The notes beneath the pieces were generated by a model. It was not told the DNA's origin and made no database searches. It saw only the letters and a program-made list of their open reading frames with translations. A stretch of 64,000 nt of DNA from Auanema rhodensis. Lineage: Eukaryota; Animalia; Nematoda. The DNA lies in assembly GCA_964057225.1 (NCBI GenBank), contig OZ059898.1, positions 5,952,001 through 6,016,000 of the forward strand. Reading direction: 5' to 3'. Within the stretch, counting starts at the first letter, position 1. The number at the start of each line of letters is the position of its first letter. Shown here in pieces: positions 1 to 16,871 of this stretch. A program made the translations under genes and the position numbers.

Positions 1-3000
1 CTCCCTATATCTCTTTCTCATCAACTTTCAAAATGATTCTTCTCTTGTTCATCAATTGCTCAATAGCTTTGATATGAGGTTCAATAGTATCCAGCACTTA
101 CATCGTTTCACCCAGAAGCACGATCATCCTGATTTAGCCAAACTAGCTAGTTGTTTCTTAGATGACATTCTCAGAAACATAAACTGAGCATAATTTCATC
201 TTGAGATATTACGCAATTTGTCTCCTGTTCATTGGCATGCTCGATTATTTTGCATATTTAACCATCCCGTATAGTTACGTAAACAATATGTTTTCATAAT
301 TGCGCATCCGAACTTTGAATTAACATAAACTTGAGCCACTTATTGGGCTATTTGTTAGGTATGACTGCTGTTCTCGTGCGTGATCAGTCATTCGTATCTA
401 GCTGTCATGTCCTCGATCGGCAGCCGCCAAAGACAACGGCAATAACCGTATGAAGCAACGATTCGTGACGATGATGACGGTCATTCTACTAAACTATCCT
501 CATCACAATTCGTTTTCTTTGCACATTGGAGGGTCCCATTGAAATGCCTGGCCAACCGAAGAGCCATCCGACATACTCTCTGTTCACACATCATGTCGGA
601 CCCTCGAAGCGGTCTGATTGTCCATCCGATGAATTGGCCGACAATGCTGTTACAGACCATTTCTTGTCGTTTTCATCTTTTGTTCAATACAAACTATAAT
701 TTCAACTGTAGATTCTTATTTAATATATTCGTAATGGTCAGTTTAACCTTCTAGAGAGTATCCAGTGAAACCAACTTCAGTATTTTTACAACCTCGAGTG
801 TCTCATGCGATGATTGGAAGAAAGAATATTTATCTTTTACCTTCATTCACATTCAGTAACCAAATATCCACTTATAATTCATTATTTTATTCTTTTTATA
901 ACTTAATTATTTTGTTTCTTATATTTTTCTCATTCTTCTTTAGCTTCTTCTATGTGTTCGGATTTGCATATATTATTCGTCTACTCAGAAAACCTTCGCA
1001 CTGAATTGGAGGGGACTGATGCGTATCCAGTTTCAGACTTTCTTATTCTCTTTGCTTAAGAAAATAGAGTTAATCAGGCCAAAGCTTGACTTCAATCTTA
1101 TTACGTATATATGATGTGTATATAGTTACCAATAATAGAAATATGTAGTATATAATTGGCTGTATGACCTATCTACATACCTTGTTCTCGTTGTCTTTCT
1201 TTACAACCGCCAAATTTCGTTTGGTACATGGTGTGAGCTATTTAAATGGCCTGCACTCCTATTCTATGATAGAAACATCATGTATTGTAGAATATTGCAA
1301 TAGTTTCCAAAATTATATTTTTCAATGGCATAAGCGTTTCGAGATTATAAACGTTTTTATTTATATTCCAAGGTTAGCGCTTCATATCGTTAATTTAGAA
1401 CGATTGGTTCCAATTTATAATAAGACTTGACGTTTCATTTCATGTACGCTTGATTCATCATCTTCAAGCTCATAATCGACGTCATCATCATCATCATCTC
1501 CATGGTCATCATCTGTATGACCCTTGATAGTTCTTGCTTTAGTCTGTTTCTAACAATCCTACAATCTAAATATCTCATTAACCAGTCATCCGGCCAATGT
1601 GCTCACTCGCTGACTCAACGTAGCTCTTATTCGGTCAAGAAAATAATTGCTTATGCCCTAGGGGGAATCACATAGTCATTCTCTCTCTTTTTCTTTCATT
1701 CTCTCTATCTATCGTCTTCTCTCTCTTTCTCTCTTTCGTTATCTCAATTTTCCCTCTTTTCCTTTACTGCAAGCTTTCCGTGTTCATCTGTAAGCACTTG
1801 GATACCGTATGTTAGGTTCTTTTGCCGATCAGGAGGGACGCATGTATCCGACAAGTCAAGTGGTCCTATTATGGTGATCTTATGCTCATTATCTGCTCCT
1901 TGGTCATGTTGGCAAAGCCCTTCAGCCTAATAAATACTGTTACCAGCTGGATTGTTGTCTCTGGTTCAAGTAATGGTTGTAGTATTTGTAGAATAGTTCT
2001 TTGACAAGTTTTTAGTTCAAATTCTCTTTTGACAATTCAACATACAAGCATTTTCAAAAGTTGTAGAAAAGAAATTTGAGCAAATCAAAAACATGCTGAA
2101 ATTTTTTCATATTCTATCTTTCTCTTAGCATTTCTTATTTGCTTAATTCCTTTCCACTCCCCCTTATAGTTTTCATTAGAATGTACCTGATTCTCACAAA
2201 ACTCTGAGCATTTTGAAGTCCAGATGCCACAGAGCTTATGTTAAGTATCTCATTACTCCTTGCGACCTCTTCTATCCAAAATCTTCCACATGTAATCTGA
2301 TCAGCTTCCCAAACTTTATTCCTGTACTCAGCGAAGTCCGCTAGCCTCTTCACTATCGTTTCATATCTATGCCGACAATTTACTGCCAGCTGATTTCAAA
2401 AATCGGAAACAGTACATTTACACAAACTAATTGGAAATTGGCAAGTCAAATTTACATTTATCTAAAGCCAATTAGTCATTTTTCATCTCCATTTCCTTCT
2501 AAAGGCAAGATTTCTTGTCTTCAAAATTAGTTGAATATTTACTTACATGAAAGTCTTCATATCAAATTACTCTTTTTTACGAATTATTTGTCACAAAAAT
2601 TTCAAATTTCATTGTCAACTCTGTAAATTTGTTTTCTTTTTTTCATCTGATACGATTTTCTGTACGTTATCGCTCTGAGTTCCCCGATATTTGGCATCAG
2701 AACATCCTTGTTCTTACACATACCGGTTGAAGATTTAGCGTGATGTGAGAGTAGACAAGAAGTCGGGCCATTCAAGAAAGATGAGCCAGAAAACACAGAA
2801 AAAAAGAAAAAGAAATAATTATTTCCAGCACAGTCTTTCAAGTATTTGTCTTAGCTCTTTATCCGATCTTTCTTCTGATTCTCTATCACATTCCACAAAT
2901 GAAATGTATATATCCCAATATTCTTCGTTTTTTTCATGCACTTTCAACTTTTTTTTAAATTTTATATTTAGTTTTCACCTGAAATCTTTGCAGATAACTT

Positions 3001-6000
3001 GTGCATTGCACTTCTGAAGTTACGGATTTCACGTCTCACACGTAAGCGTGTTTATTGTTTTGAAAAAGTATACGCCAAAGCGGTTGTCTTTTGGTTACTT
3101 TAACACTCCACCAACAAGCCAATTTTATATATAAGTAAGTTCAATTTCCTTTTCATCTCGTTTACCAATTTTATTTACCTTCTGAGAGTTGTTTTTTTAT
3201 TTTTTTTCGAACTAACAAACAAAAAACAATATACTATATTATTCACAAAATTGAATTATGTGAAAGAGAAATAAATTTTTTTCTAACAAAAGAAAAAGAA
3301 AAATGATAAGCCCAGTTTAATATATGGTCTTGTATTCATCTCCTGTTAGATTGTTCTATTTTTTCCCCTCAATCTAAAGCTCTTCCTCTTGTCTATAGTA
3401 TAAACTGGCATAATGACATCCAATAAAAGTGTGATGTTGATGGATGAAGCTGGTAAATAATCTGCCATCAACCTGAAGCTTAGATACATATATTCTTTTT
3501 ACAAATTGTGTCAATACCAATTAGTCTTTTAAATGTGATATCGTTGAATCATTTGTAATTATCTAATTAACTTAAATAAGATTGACAAGTATAATTTGGT
3601 AGTTTTCTTCTGATTTTCAACATCTCTCAAGCTATATCTCGTCTTTTTTACCGGAGATGCATGTTGTCAATGATATCTTATATATTCAGTAAAAAATCGA
3701 ACGCTCCATTATTTTTGAGTCTTTTTCGCCCATTTTTTCTTAGCCGGAATGATTAAGCTAATGGGAGGAAATGCGGTATACTTGAGCTGCTAAGAGATCT
3801 TTTTGTATGTCAAGCATGGTGTTCAAGAATATAAGGATGCATTATCTTTTTTTTTTGATGTTAGAAGATGTTAGATGCTCTATCTATGCTCATGATATGC
3901 TTTTTATGAGTGGTATAGCCTTTTATATTCATCAAAATTGGATCGCTTTTTAAAAAATATTAGAAAGAGGAGTTAAAAGACATTATTGCTGACTGCGTTA
4001 ACAATTGATTCTTTTTTGTCTGAAAAAAAAAACCAATCATAATATATTTTTCTATACATTCATCAGTCCTTAAAATACAAAAACGATTTTTTCATATTCG
4101 ATGTGTTTTCTTTAAATGCTGATATTCTATCAAACGTAATACCTCTTTATACTAACTACATATACTATTATATAGTAGCTAATATTTAAAATATACTATA
4201 TATAGCTAGTTAGATATTCCATTTTGATGTAATTTTCATCTGCTATCACTAATACTACCCATAATTTATCTTGGATTTCAGATAATAGTAGGTTTTTATT
4301 ATCAAATAGCTTACTACAATAATATATTATTCACATGCTATACTATAAACAAGAAAACGTTTAAACATTTGATTAAGATGTAGTTCACTTCAAGTTCAAT
4401 TCTTGAATTCTTTTGTCTTTCAGAAGCTTTAGTCTACTATTGTCTGATTTCTTATTCTTGCTAACTCTTTGTAAGAAGTAGGCTCCACCTCCTTCCAAAT
4501 CTCAGAGACTCCCGGCTTTTCCACAAGGAATAGCCAGTTGCAGGCAGGTAGCGTGAGCTTCTGGCCACTTTAACTGGTCATCATCATTGATTCAAGCGTG
4601 TTCACACGTCTAAATTAAAACTTTCTTTAAGATTTTCCATGAAATTTCAATTCTTAATCAATTTCCTAATTATGAACACCACTTTTTTTCAGAAGTATAC
4701 GGCTAGCTTGGTTAGCCAGTGAGATCTGATTATTTAACATTTTTTATATTTTTTTATAATACATTGTTTTGTTTTCTGAAGTTGATATCTAAGTTTCTTT
4801 ATGTTATCTGACCCATATAGTGCACATAAATAACTAAATACAAGCTCATAACTATAAAATATATGTAATAGAGTATATTAAATTGTTTCTTTTTTCATTC
4901 ACTCATCATACTTATCAATGACGTCATTCGCCTCTGAATCTAATATGTCATTAGCATATCGAATGTGACCATTTATTGTCTTCGATTAGGTTGCGTAATG
5001 ACCAATAGGGTGCCATCATGAGGTCTCCGCATTTGCTTCTGACCTTTTGTAAAAGATTCAGAAGACAATTCAATAAAGAAAGAACGATGTTGAGGGAAAT
5101 ATCAACGGCTTAAGAATAATAATATGAATTTCCTTTTGCAGTCAATCTTCCAATGTTATCAATTCACAAAAACCTTTTGAGAATCTTTTAATATTTTAGT
5201 CATTAATGTTCAGAATTATTCACATATCGCATCGTTTTCTTCTTTTCTCAGCTTTTATATAAAAATGGATAGCCTGACTTCTTAGAATTAGTCATGCTTC
5301 TTATTCTCGAAAATTTAAGTTTTGCTCCAAATGACCTTCTTTGTTATTTTGACAAAAGTTCTGCAGGCCATTATTCGTTTTCATGAATATGTTGAATATA
5401 TATCAATCTGAGAAAAAACTTTTTTCCCGGTGTGAAAGATTAGTGAAGCTTTTGAGCCTGTCACCGGAAGAAAGAATGCTCCTAATCAGAATCAGTAAAA
5501 TATTTGTTCATATTTGGAACATATAAATAATATGCTAATGGCTGATGAAGAGAAGAAGCATTATTCAGCGTAAGGCTCAGCCGTTCTATACACAAATCTG
5601 TTGTCGCTAGATAGAACTTTGTTTTTCGATTAATGTCTAAGATGATGGCTTTAGCGAGAATAACGAACATGATCATTCAAATGCATATAGTATAAGGCAT
5701 AAGTTTGCACCGAATTATTCGTTATATACTATGTACTATCATATAAACCTTATTCTTTATATTTCTTAAACCATTTTTGATCAACAAAATCGTTAACAGA
5801 ACCCTGTAGAGTCGAAGTATACAACAGGCAGTTAGTTAGCACACAGGTGTTACCAGGTTAATGAGGTACTCGAGTCACAACGTGTACAGCAGCCTATTAT
5901 CCACAACACCTCTAGGATATTTCTCTCGGTCTCCCCATTTACATTGTATGTCTTCACTAGCCTATTCATTGAAATCAGGCTGTAGCTCTGTCAAAAAGGT

Positions 6001-6705
6001 TAGTGACAGTTGTACATGAACTAGCAGATTGGCTTTTCTATATGTATCTTTTCGTTTTGACATCTTGAAAGTCCACTTGATATCAATCTTATGATGTGAC
6101 CTTAACCTCTCATTCAAATGCTAATCTTATAAGTATTCTTTGAATAGAATGAGGTTTTCTCTTCATCTAAACAGCTTCAGCCAACCAACTTGTTCCTCTA
6201 GTAATATCTCATCGTTTCACATTCTACTATTTATCACTGACAGTTCTCTGAACATCATTACAATCTTACTACTTCATCCATCATCCAACGTGAATTTGAT
6301 GTATCACTACGGAGATGTTATGCTCTTCACACCTCAAACCAATTGCTCAATCACTAAGTTGTGTATCAGACAATGTAGGTAATAGATCACTTTCTAGCAT
6401 CTATGTCAAACTCATTTATCTGGTTTTGGTCTCAAATATGTTCCGAAGCATCTTCCAGTTGTGTATGTCGTGTGTCTATCATCACACAATATATACAATC
6501 ACACAAACTCATCAATCTGTTTCATATTGGCCCATTACATGTTGTAATATGCGTCTCTTAACCTATTCTTTTCTCAATCTTCTTGCCCTTTATCAACATT
6601 CACAGATTATCAAGCACATTCATTATATTCTTAATATTTCTTATATGAAAGCTATATGCTCATCATATTTTTAATTTCAGATCATTTCATTGATATGCAA
6701 CTAAT

Positions 6706-9524
6706 ATGAGACTGCTTCTAATTATCTTGTTGCCTTTTGTATCTGCTCTTTGTCCGGATACAACAACTTGTATTAATCGAATACGAGAAGTAGTTGCTGG
6801 ACCAAAGAAATTTTGGTTTGGAGAGCAACGTAGAGCATTATGTCATCATCGAAATGCTAATCCAATTGACTGTTTTGGTACTATTTTCATTTTTTAAGAA
6901 ATATCAATGTATATTTGGGATTCTAGGTCCATCCCATCTGGCTCCATTTCATTCACTAGGTAGTCGGCTATTCCGAGTTAAGACGTACCATTCAGCTTAT
7001 CTACGTAACTTAGTATTATTTCCTCGAATCAGTTATCGTAATCACCCAGGTTTCTATTTTAATTTCATATTCCGATCATATTGTATAGTTTCAGGTCATT
7101 ATCGAGCTTGTGAGCATGAATTCCATAGTAATACCTCTTCTAGTCCAGTGCAAGCTGATCCTGATATGGTACCAATTGAGCCGTTTGCAATCCGACATAA
7201 ACCTGAAATTGGTAAATATTCTATCAAAATATTCAAAAAGATATGTTGAATTATCAGGATGGCACGGCTTACAATATGATGATGAGTACATACTTCTAAT
7301 GACAGATGTTGGGTTTGGTACTCTGAACTATCTAGTTGTTGATTTTCCGAAAGCGCCAAAGGTAAATATAAGAAGAATTCATTAACAAAAGAAGTTTTAA
7401 TGAAATTTAGGTGATTAAAGACTATGAACCATCCGAAAATTTTCGACCATTGGCTAATCCTTTAGTTCTTCTAGTTTTCAAAAAAGGAAATGCTCCAATT
7501 TCATCGGATACTCCCGAGGAATTCAACTTAGCTGACTTCATGATGCAACATAGTTTAGAAGACAGTAAGTTTTACATCAAGATTATGTTCCCTAGACGAT
7601 GGTCATGAAATCAAAAAATGAATAAAAAACAGTGAAAAAAGAAAATTTTGCTGAATGTTTTATCTTGAGCATCGAACAAGGCAATTTCTTCTGTCGAAAT
7701 ATCCTCTCTCATGTCAACAAACATGAGAAGATTTGTGATATGAACTTATCTATCAGATATTGATTCTGAAATGATAGATATGATGAAGAAACTGAAAGAA
7801 TGAGATAGAATACAACTCATTTCCCGAAGAAAAGTGTGTGTTGTTTGTCTTTCAATTCAAATTTCACTGCTCATCTTCATTAATGTTTTCATTTCATGTA
7901 ATGAATACTGAAAAGCTAGCATTTAGTCAAATCTATAGGGATTCTCTCCCTCAATAAGTTAAAAGAAAAATTAATAGTTAATCATTTTTTATTTTAATTA
8001 AATCAATTTATTAAAAATAAAAAAACATTAACTATATAGTTTATAATAGTTTAATATTTAATAATAATATAGATTATAGTATAGGATCAATATTCTATAT
8101 TGTTATAGATCTGGTTGGAATGAATATAGTTGTTGTTGGTAGTGATCCATTTGCCATCGAACGTCAACGTATTCGGGGTAATGTCGATAATTGTCACAGT
8201 TTATTGATGCCACGTTAGTATATATCTTATTTTTTTTTGATAATTCTTCAACATATAGGTCTTCATCGTCAGCCACCCTCACGTCTAGTATCCAATCTGC
8301 CTTTAAATGAAATTTCTCAATGGATATCTGTATCATTTGAATCTCCGAATCTGGATGTTAATGTATGCTGTCAGAAAATACGTCAAAAGTATGCTGAAAG
8401 TTAATAATATATGTTTATAAATACGTAACTTAAGAGAATCAACTATTTTTGTTGATCCGATTGGTGATCAAGCAATATCTGCTATCTCTACTCTTCAACC
8501 CCCTACTTTTACTTCTCTTCGAATTTCAACATCATCTGCTAGCTATATGAATTATCATCGACAAGCTAGAACTTATATTGGTAATAATTCATTAATTTTT
8601 ACTTTGTGCTCAACAATCATTCATATTATAAAATCAAAATTGAATTTTTAGCACTGATTGACGATATGTACAGTATGGTCATAGTCGATGGAGACACAGG
8701 AAAGCTGCATTGGATGCTAGTTGACATTCCAGCTGCTGAGCTAGGAACTGAGCAAGTTAAAGGAATTACGGTAAATCTTTAATCTTGAAACTATTTATAT
8801 CCTGCTTAATACTGATTGCCCCATTTCGGCGGAAATTTGAATTTTTCAAAAACTATCCAGCCAATTTTATATATTCTCAACTTAGTTTAGAAAATCTAAT
8901 TTTGGGAATTTTTGAAAAAAATTCTTAAACAGCAGGAATAAAAGTTTAAAAAAATGTTTTAAAATCAAATAATTTTTTAGAAAGCTAAATATCATCCGTT
9001 GGCTCCTTCTGATCCTGCTACATGTCGCACTTATCTAGTAGCTCTTTTTCAACAAACCGATAGTCTAAAGAAGCTGGAAAAATATTGTGATGATGAATGT
9101 AGACAACGTAAAGAATTTAGGTTTGATAAGAAAAAAATCATTAATACGATTAACTTTCAAAAGTTGCAGAGTTGATTCATTTAAACAACAACATGGACTA
9201 CGAATAAATGCTTTATCATGGGTCAAATCATGTTATGATTTACCTTATGCTTATCATATATTGAAAACAGAAAAAACAAATGTAACAGAAAGTACGAAAG
9301 GAAAGTAAGTATTCAAATTAATATTTTATTTAAAAATCTATATTATTAATTACTAATCTTTTAGTCATCGTTCAAAGTCTGTGCGCACTCGCGCAACAAC
9401 ATCATCTCAAGTATGTTCAGCATTCAAAGTATCGCCACATCATAGGTGTGGAATCAGTTCAAGTTCTGATATATTATTTAAGAAATCATTGTTGTTGCTA
9501 TTAACAATATTTTTTTTCTTCTAG
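6706..9524 (+). CDS. Multi-exon secreted protein with PEBP-like domains and a C-terminal hydrophobic (GPI-signal-like) tail; likely orthologue of C. elegans C56G2.4
   Basis: Signal peptide MRLLLIILLPFVSA. Motifs KFWFGEQRRALCHHRNA, TDVGFGTLNYLVVDFP, GSDPFAIERQRIRG and MVIVDGDTGKLHWMLVDIP join in frame over about 11 GT-AG introns. Ends in SLLLLLTIFFFF-stop. Confidence 0.75.
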
Positions 9525-9739
9525 AATAATCCTATAGTTCCTTATTCAAATTATTATATTTCATTTTGTTTCCCAAACTGCCTCACGCTTTATAACAACG
9601 AAGTCCTTTTTATCACGAATTCCATTAGATTTCAATTCCAATGAGCATTGTATTGACATGCTTATTCTATCAACTTCATCATTTTTTATTATCCATCAAT
9701 TATATATACTATATTTATTTATTTATAAAATTAAATATA

Positions 9740-9778
<39 letters not shown>

Positions 9779-11276
9779 CATATATATATATATGTTTATT
9801 ATATGTATATATAGTGTTTTTTTTTTGTTTTTTTTTTAATATTTCTATTTTCACCATAATAGATTTGTAAAAAAAAAACTCATAGCTTAACTATGAAATG
9901 TTCAGCGGTGCTAGACCCTATTCGACCAATCTGATTGTTTGCACTTCAGAAAAAACTCCTGTTGTACGTGTTTCTAATTTACCTTTTTTTAACTTTCTTA
10001 AGATTTCTATTTTTTTTATCGTTTTAAGAAAATAAAAGAAAAAATATGATTGTTTAAGATAACAACAAAAAAAAATAAATTGTTTATATCGAATATGTTC
10101 TTCATTATTATCAATTAATCTCTGAATATATTAAAGACTCTAATAGTAAATTCTGTATAATCTGAACTACAGAAATGCTTCAAATATCAATTCAACATGA
10201 GCATTTGATAAGAAAAATTTTGATGGTGCTATGATTACTGCCTGTTTCCAAGGACCCACGTCACACTAGAAATAACTTTACATTCATAATTAAGATAAAG
10301 ATGAATACAAGTTTTTAAAATTTCATAATAATAGTAAATGAATATATATTTATATATTCTTTTTAGTTTTTAAAAATTTTTTCAAATTTCAAATTTTTAA
10401 GTTTAAATTGTTCATATCAAATCATGTATAATAGTTCAGGCTACATGGTTACGTCATGCAAAATTAATAGCTTGATTCCAGGAAAACTGTAAAAAAGATG
10501 ATAATCTGTAAGAAGGAAAGAATAAAAGTAAAAGCTGAACATAATAGAATAATTAAGATGTAGATAGTTTGCTATTGCTACTACAACCCAAGTAGAGAAC
10601 AAATTTTTGGCAATGTCATAATTACGCCAAACATTGAAATAGAGGACTAAAATGAACTTTAGTTTCCAGCTAGTAGTAATAATCATACTGATCAATCTGA
10701 ACTTAACAAACTATGGAGAACATTAAGAAGAAAAAAGAGTATCGATCAAATGTTCAAACAAACCTAAAATGGTATGAAAGATAAAATAATTGTAAAAGTT
10801 ACTTTCAAATATAGATATTCATAATTATAAAAGTTCAATGAATCACTTAATAAGGAATGAATATAATAATGTAATATTAATATAAATGACTAATATCTTC
10901 TTTTTCTTTTTATTTCATAAACTTAGCAAGTGATTCATTATTTGTAAAAAAAAATTAACTAAATTGGAAACAAAAACTAAAATTGATAGAATTTTTAAAA
11001 TTAAAATTTTCTTCAATCAATGTTATATACAATATACACACGTGTTTTTTAATGTTACTAATGATGATACATTTATAGATATTTTTTATATATTTTTAAT
11101 ACTTATTCATAACTATCAGTTTGTCACTTTGTAAACTTTTGTGGCTATTCACCCCCCTTCTTCCCATTTAGGAAATCATCTACTTTTCATTAACCATTCT
11201 TTATAGCTCTAGTTGAAGCTGGGGGCGTATCAACCAATCATAGGTCGTCATTCTTCGTACTCTTTCTAAGAAATAC

Positions 11277-11324
11277 TCTTATCAAGCTTAACAGCTTATA
11301 AGAGCCAAATTTTCGAACTGATAA
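11277..11324. promoter_or_regulatory. Paired TGATAA (GATA, ELT-2 type) sites upstream of act-5
   Basis: CTTATCA at about 11278 and ACTGATAA at about 11317, roughly 200 bp upstream of the ATG of a gut-type actin. Confidence 0.55.
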
Positions 11325-11505
11325 AGTTAAAATGAAACGTTAGCTCTTTGTAATGCTGTCTTTTCCATAAGCTTGTTTCTTAAACATTTTTACGAAACAA
11401 CCTATCAGATCAATTAAGAACTTATGTTTTATATTTTTGTTATATCTTGATTTAATTCATAACTGTATTTATCAAGTTGAATTATTATTTTATAATTTTT
11501 AGACA

Positions 11506-13541
<2,036 letters not shown>

Positions 13542-14434
13542 AAATTTATTTCTTTTTATTAAATATCTTGTTCTTATTATGTACAGATATTATAAATCAT
13601 GTTATAGGTATAAGATCACCTATTTAAAAAATTTGAAAATTATATAAATATTATAAACCATACTTTTATTCACTGTATGAACAATATGATTTTAAAAAAA
13701 TGAATAGAAAGTTTGATTTAATATAAAACTAGAAAGATAGTTGGAATGAATCTGATAAGAGTTTCATTTAAACAACTAAAAAGATCACGAACTTCTCTTT
13801 TTCCTTTCATTTTAAACAGACTTGTTTGACGATGTTCTTTCAAAATGTTTGCAACATATGAAAGCAAAAGAATAGACAGAAAGTTTCAACAGTTCAAAGC
13901 TTCACACATTTTCCTTTTCATTTCTATCAATGCTATAAAAATCTTATAGAATATTCTGTATTATGTGATTATGTAATAAAACAAAAAAAAGTTTCAAATT
14001 ATTCAAATTTATATCAAAGACAAATAAAACAATTACGGCTACAAATACAGGCACAGCGAAAGACACCAAGTATCAATATGAACTTGGTATTATATTCGAG
14101 ATCGTTAGAAAACTTTTACAAGCAAAGTACAATAAGTTCCCGCTTCTGAACTACCGAAGCTACTACCCAAACTTCTTGACTATATATCAGAAAAGAAAAA
14201 ATGGAGCAAAATTTTTAAAAACCGGAAAAAGGTTCCCGGCTGTGGAAAACCACGTGAAAAAGAAAGTGAAGTCGGATATATGCAGACATACGATGTCAAA
14301 TATCGGATAATCATGAAATTTTTTTTTTAAAAATGAGATTCATAGATTATCTAATTAGAAAAGTATGAAAGATTATATCCACCGGTAGAATTGGTAACTA
14401 TATATACAACAAGAAACATGCATTACATAGATGT

Positions 14435-16871
14435 TTAAGCGTGGCTGCGGCTGACTTTCTTTCCAGAGTGGAAATTACCACTGCGTTTTCGGCGAGCAGC
14501 AGCAATCTCACGCTGAACCTTTGGCTCAAACGAGTCGCGGATGGATTCAATCAAATGTTGAGAGGCTGGAAGATCGATTACCTGCAAGATGAGAATAGTA
14601 TATATTGAATTAGTTGTATTCGATTACCTTATCATCGTTGAAGCATTGATCATGCTTCAGTAAGTCGCACTTTCCACAGGATTTACGGCAATTTTCTGAC
14701 ATGAAGTCTGCTGATTCTCCTTTACACATGCCAAGTTCGGTCCATGTAGCACATTGAATGTGGCGATCGTCACATTCTAAAACAGCAATATTAAAACTAT
14801 CAAGTTGCTGGGAAAATGGGTACCATTGGTAGTATTGTAAGATGGAGTACAAACGGCACAACTAGAAGAACAGAACTGAGACATGTATTCTGGAACTTGA
14901 GTGCATTTTCCTGCTTCAGCCCAGGAAGAACAACATGGATGACTGTAATGTGATATGTTAAGAAACTTGTTTGCTACTATTATATAAACCGATTGAAGCA
15001 ATCATTAAATGGCTGAGTAGCCATCTTAACTATCTCAACTGGTGGAGTTACTGTTGTTTCGGCAATAGTTAACTCAGCCAAAGGACTTTGGGCAGTAGAG
15101 TTTTTGCTTGTTATAGCACCATGCATACGGAACATACCACCGGCTGGAACACACCGTCCCCACCAGCAACGTCCACGATAGCAAGCATCAAAGTTTTCAA
15201 ATCCTTGGCAAACTCCGTTCAACTTAATTTTAGCAACACAATGTGGGTATCTGAACAAGTAGTTTAATGAGGTTTTATAGACGACACCTTACCCTCTAGT
15301 ATCGCAGAAGAGATATGGAGATCCACAGCTTGGGTTTTGTGCACTGCACGTTGGTCTTGGAGCATAACGATACATCTGATCAGTGTATGAGTTAGAAAGA
15401 CCATCACGGTTAACTAAGTATGGGAAAGGACGCATTGGAGCATAGCTGAAATGTTGCCAGTTGGCACAGTATCCGTTATCTGGAGCGTAGGCCTAAAACA
15501 AAAAGGATTAGAGTTTCTTTTTTATAAAACAGATAACCTGTTCACGAAGCCATTTTGGTTGTCTGATTTGACGCCAGAGTTCCCAGACGTAATCGACGAA
15601 AGAGTGATGCATGAAGAAAATTGGTTCATTGGCTGATGTGCTAGGTGGTTTCATGTCTCCTCCAACCCAAAGATGAATGTTGGAATGGGTGTACTCAACA
15701 GCTCCATAGTTGTTGGGGAATGGGCATCCTGGTTGTGGAGCAGTGAAAGCCATAGTATTCTCGATTCTATTTTGAGAAATAATGTTGTTGATTTGATTTT
15801 CATTGAAGAGAGATCCTTCACGGCCAAGATTTCGCAATATAGTGGAGCGTCCTTCAAGTGTACGCCAGTAAGCGAATGGTCCCTGTAGAAATAATAATGT
15901 TTATATATTTATTATAATTATTATTAAGTTGTATAAATGTACCTGTACAACATTTCCAAAGCCGTCAGTTTCTCCAGCAAACAGATTTGAGAACATGATA
16001 GAATCACGAGGATCTGGGAGATAGTTGTCCATAACACTGTCCCAGTATGGGATGGCAACTCCTGGATCGACCATACGAAGAGAGATTTCGAATCTGAATT
16101 TTTAAATGGTAAATTGGTATGTTGGTATGCTATGAAACCTCTTGAGGTATTCACGATGCCATGGTAAGAAACCGGGTCCAGAGTGAGCACCAGAACCTGT
16201 TCCGACTTCAAAATGTTGTCTACTAATTGTATCATACTGTCCGTTGGACTTTAAAGTATTCAAAGCATTATGCCAACTAAAATGAAAACAATTCAAAGAA
16301 TTCTTTCTCAACCTTGTTTACCGTTGTCTTTCTTGATCAGTCATCATGCGGTATTCCTTACGGTAAGCCATATCAAGACGACGTCCATTTTGAAGAACAC
16401 AGTTTCCATTTCTCATTTGTCCCTTAAAGTTTTTATATAACTAGAAAAATTATGTTTCAAAATCATACTCTAAAGAATGGGCAAAGACAGCTCATGGTCA
16501 TACAGTCGAAAGGATGGTAAGCAGCTTGTCCACGAGCATTGGCTGGAACTGGAATAGGCTTAAGCCAATCTGGTGGCCCTCCAGGAGTGTTTACAACCTA
16601 AATCGAGAAAATTAGTTCGTGATCTTTTAGGACTAATATATACTTCTTTACGAGCCGCTTGTCTGGCAATACGTCTTCGGGCAATACGATCCATGTGGCG
16701 CATCATCAAACATGTTTTCTTCAAATCTTTACTAGGAGCATCAGAACAATCACGTGGAGGTTCCTTCAGTAGACGATGAGGAGCTGGTGTGATAGTGCTT
16801 GGCGTGGTTTCATTTTCAGCCAAAGCAGCTACGCAAAGTAGCGAGCTAATAGAAAGGGCAAGTAACCGCAT
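14435..16871 (-). CDS. Tyrosinase (tyr family) with signal peptide and two C-terminal ShK/SXC domains, about 11 exons
   Basis: CuA motif [18 protein letters not shown], CuB region [12 protein letters not shown]...[14 protein letters not shown], and ShK motifs [17 protein letters not shown]...FCSSSCAVC and [11 protein letters not shown]...CRKSCGKC. Confidence 0.93.

Noticed and set aside
5800-5855. ACCCTGTAGA, mir-10/mir-57-like seed (also TACCCTGTAG at about 49018)
   Set aside because: Only the seed region matches and the flanks do not form a convincing stem.
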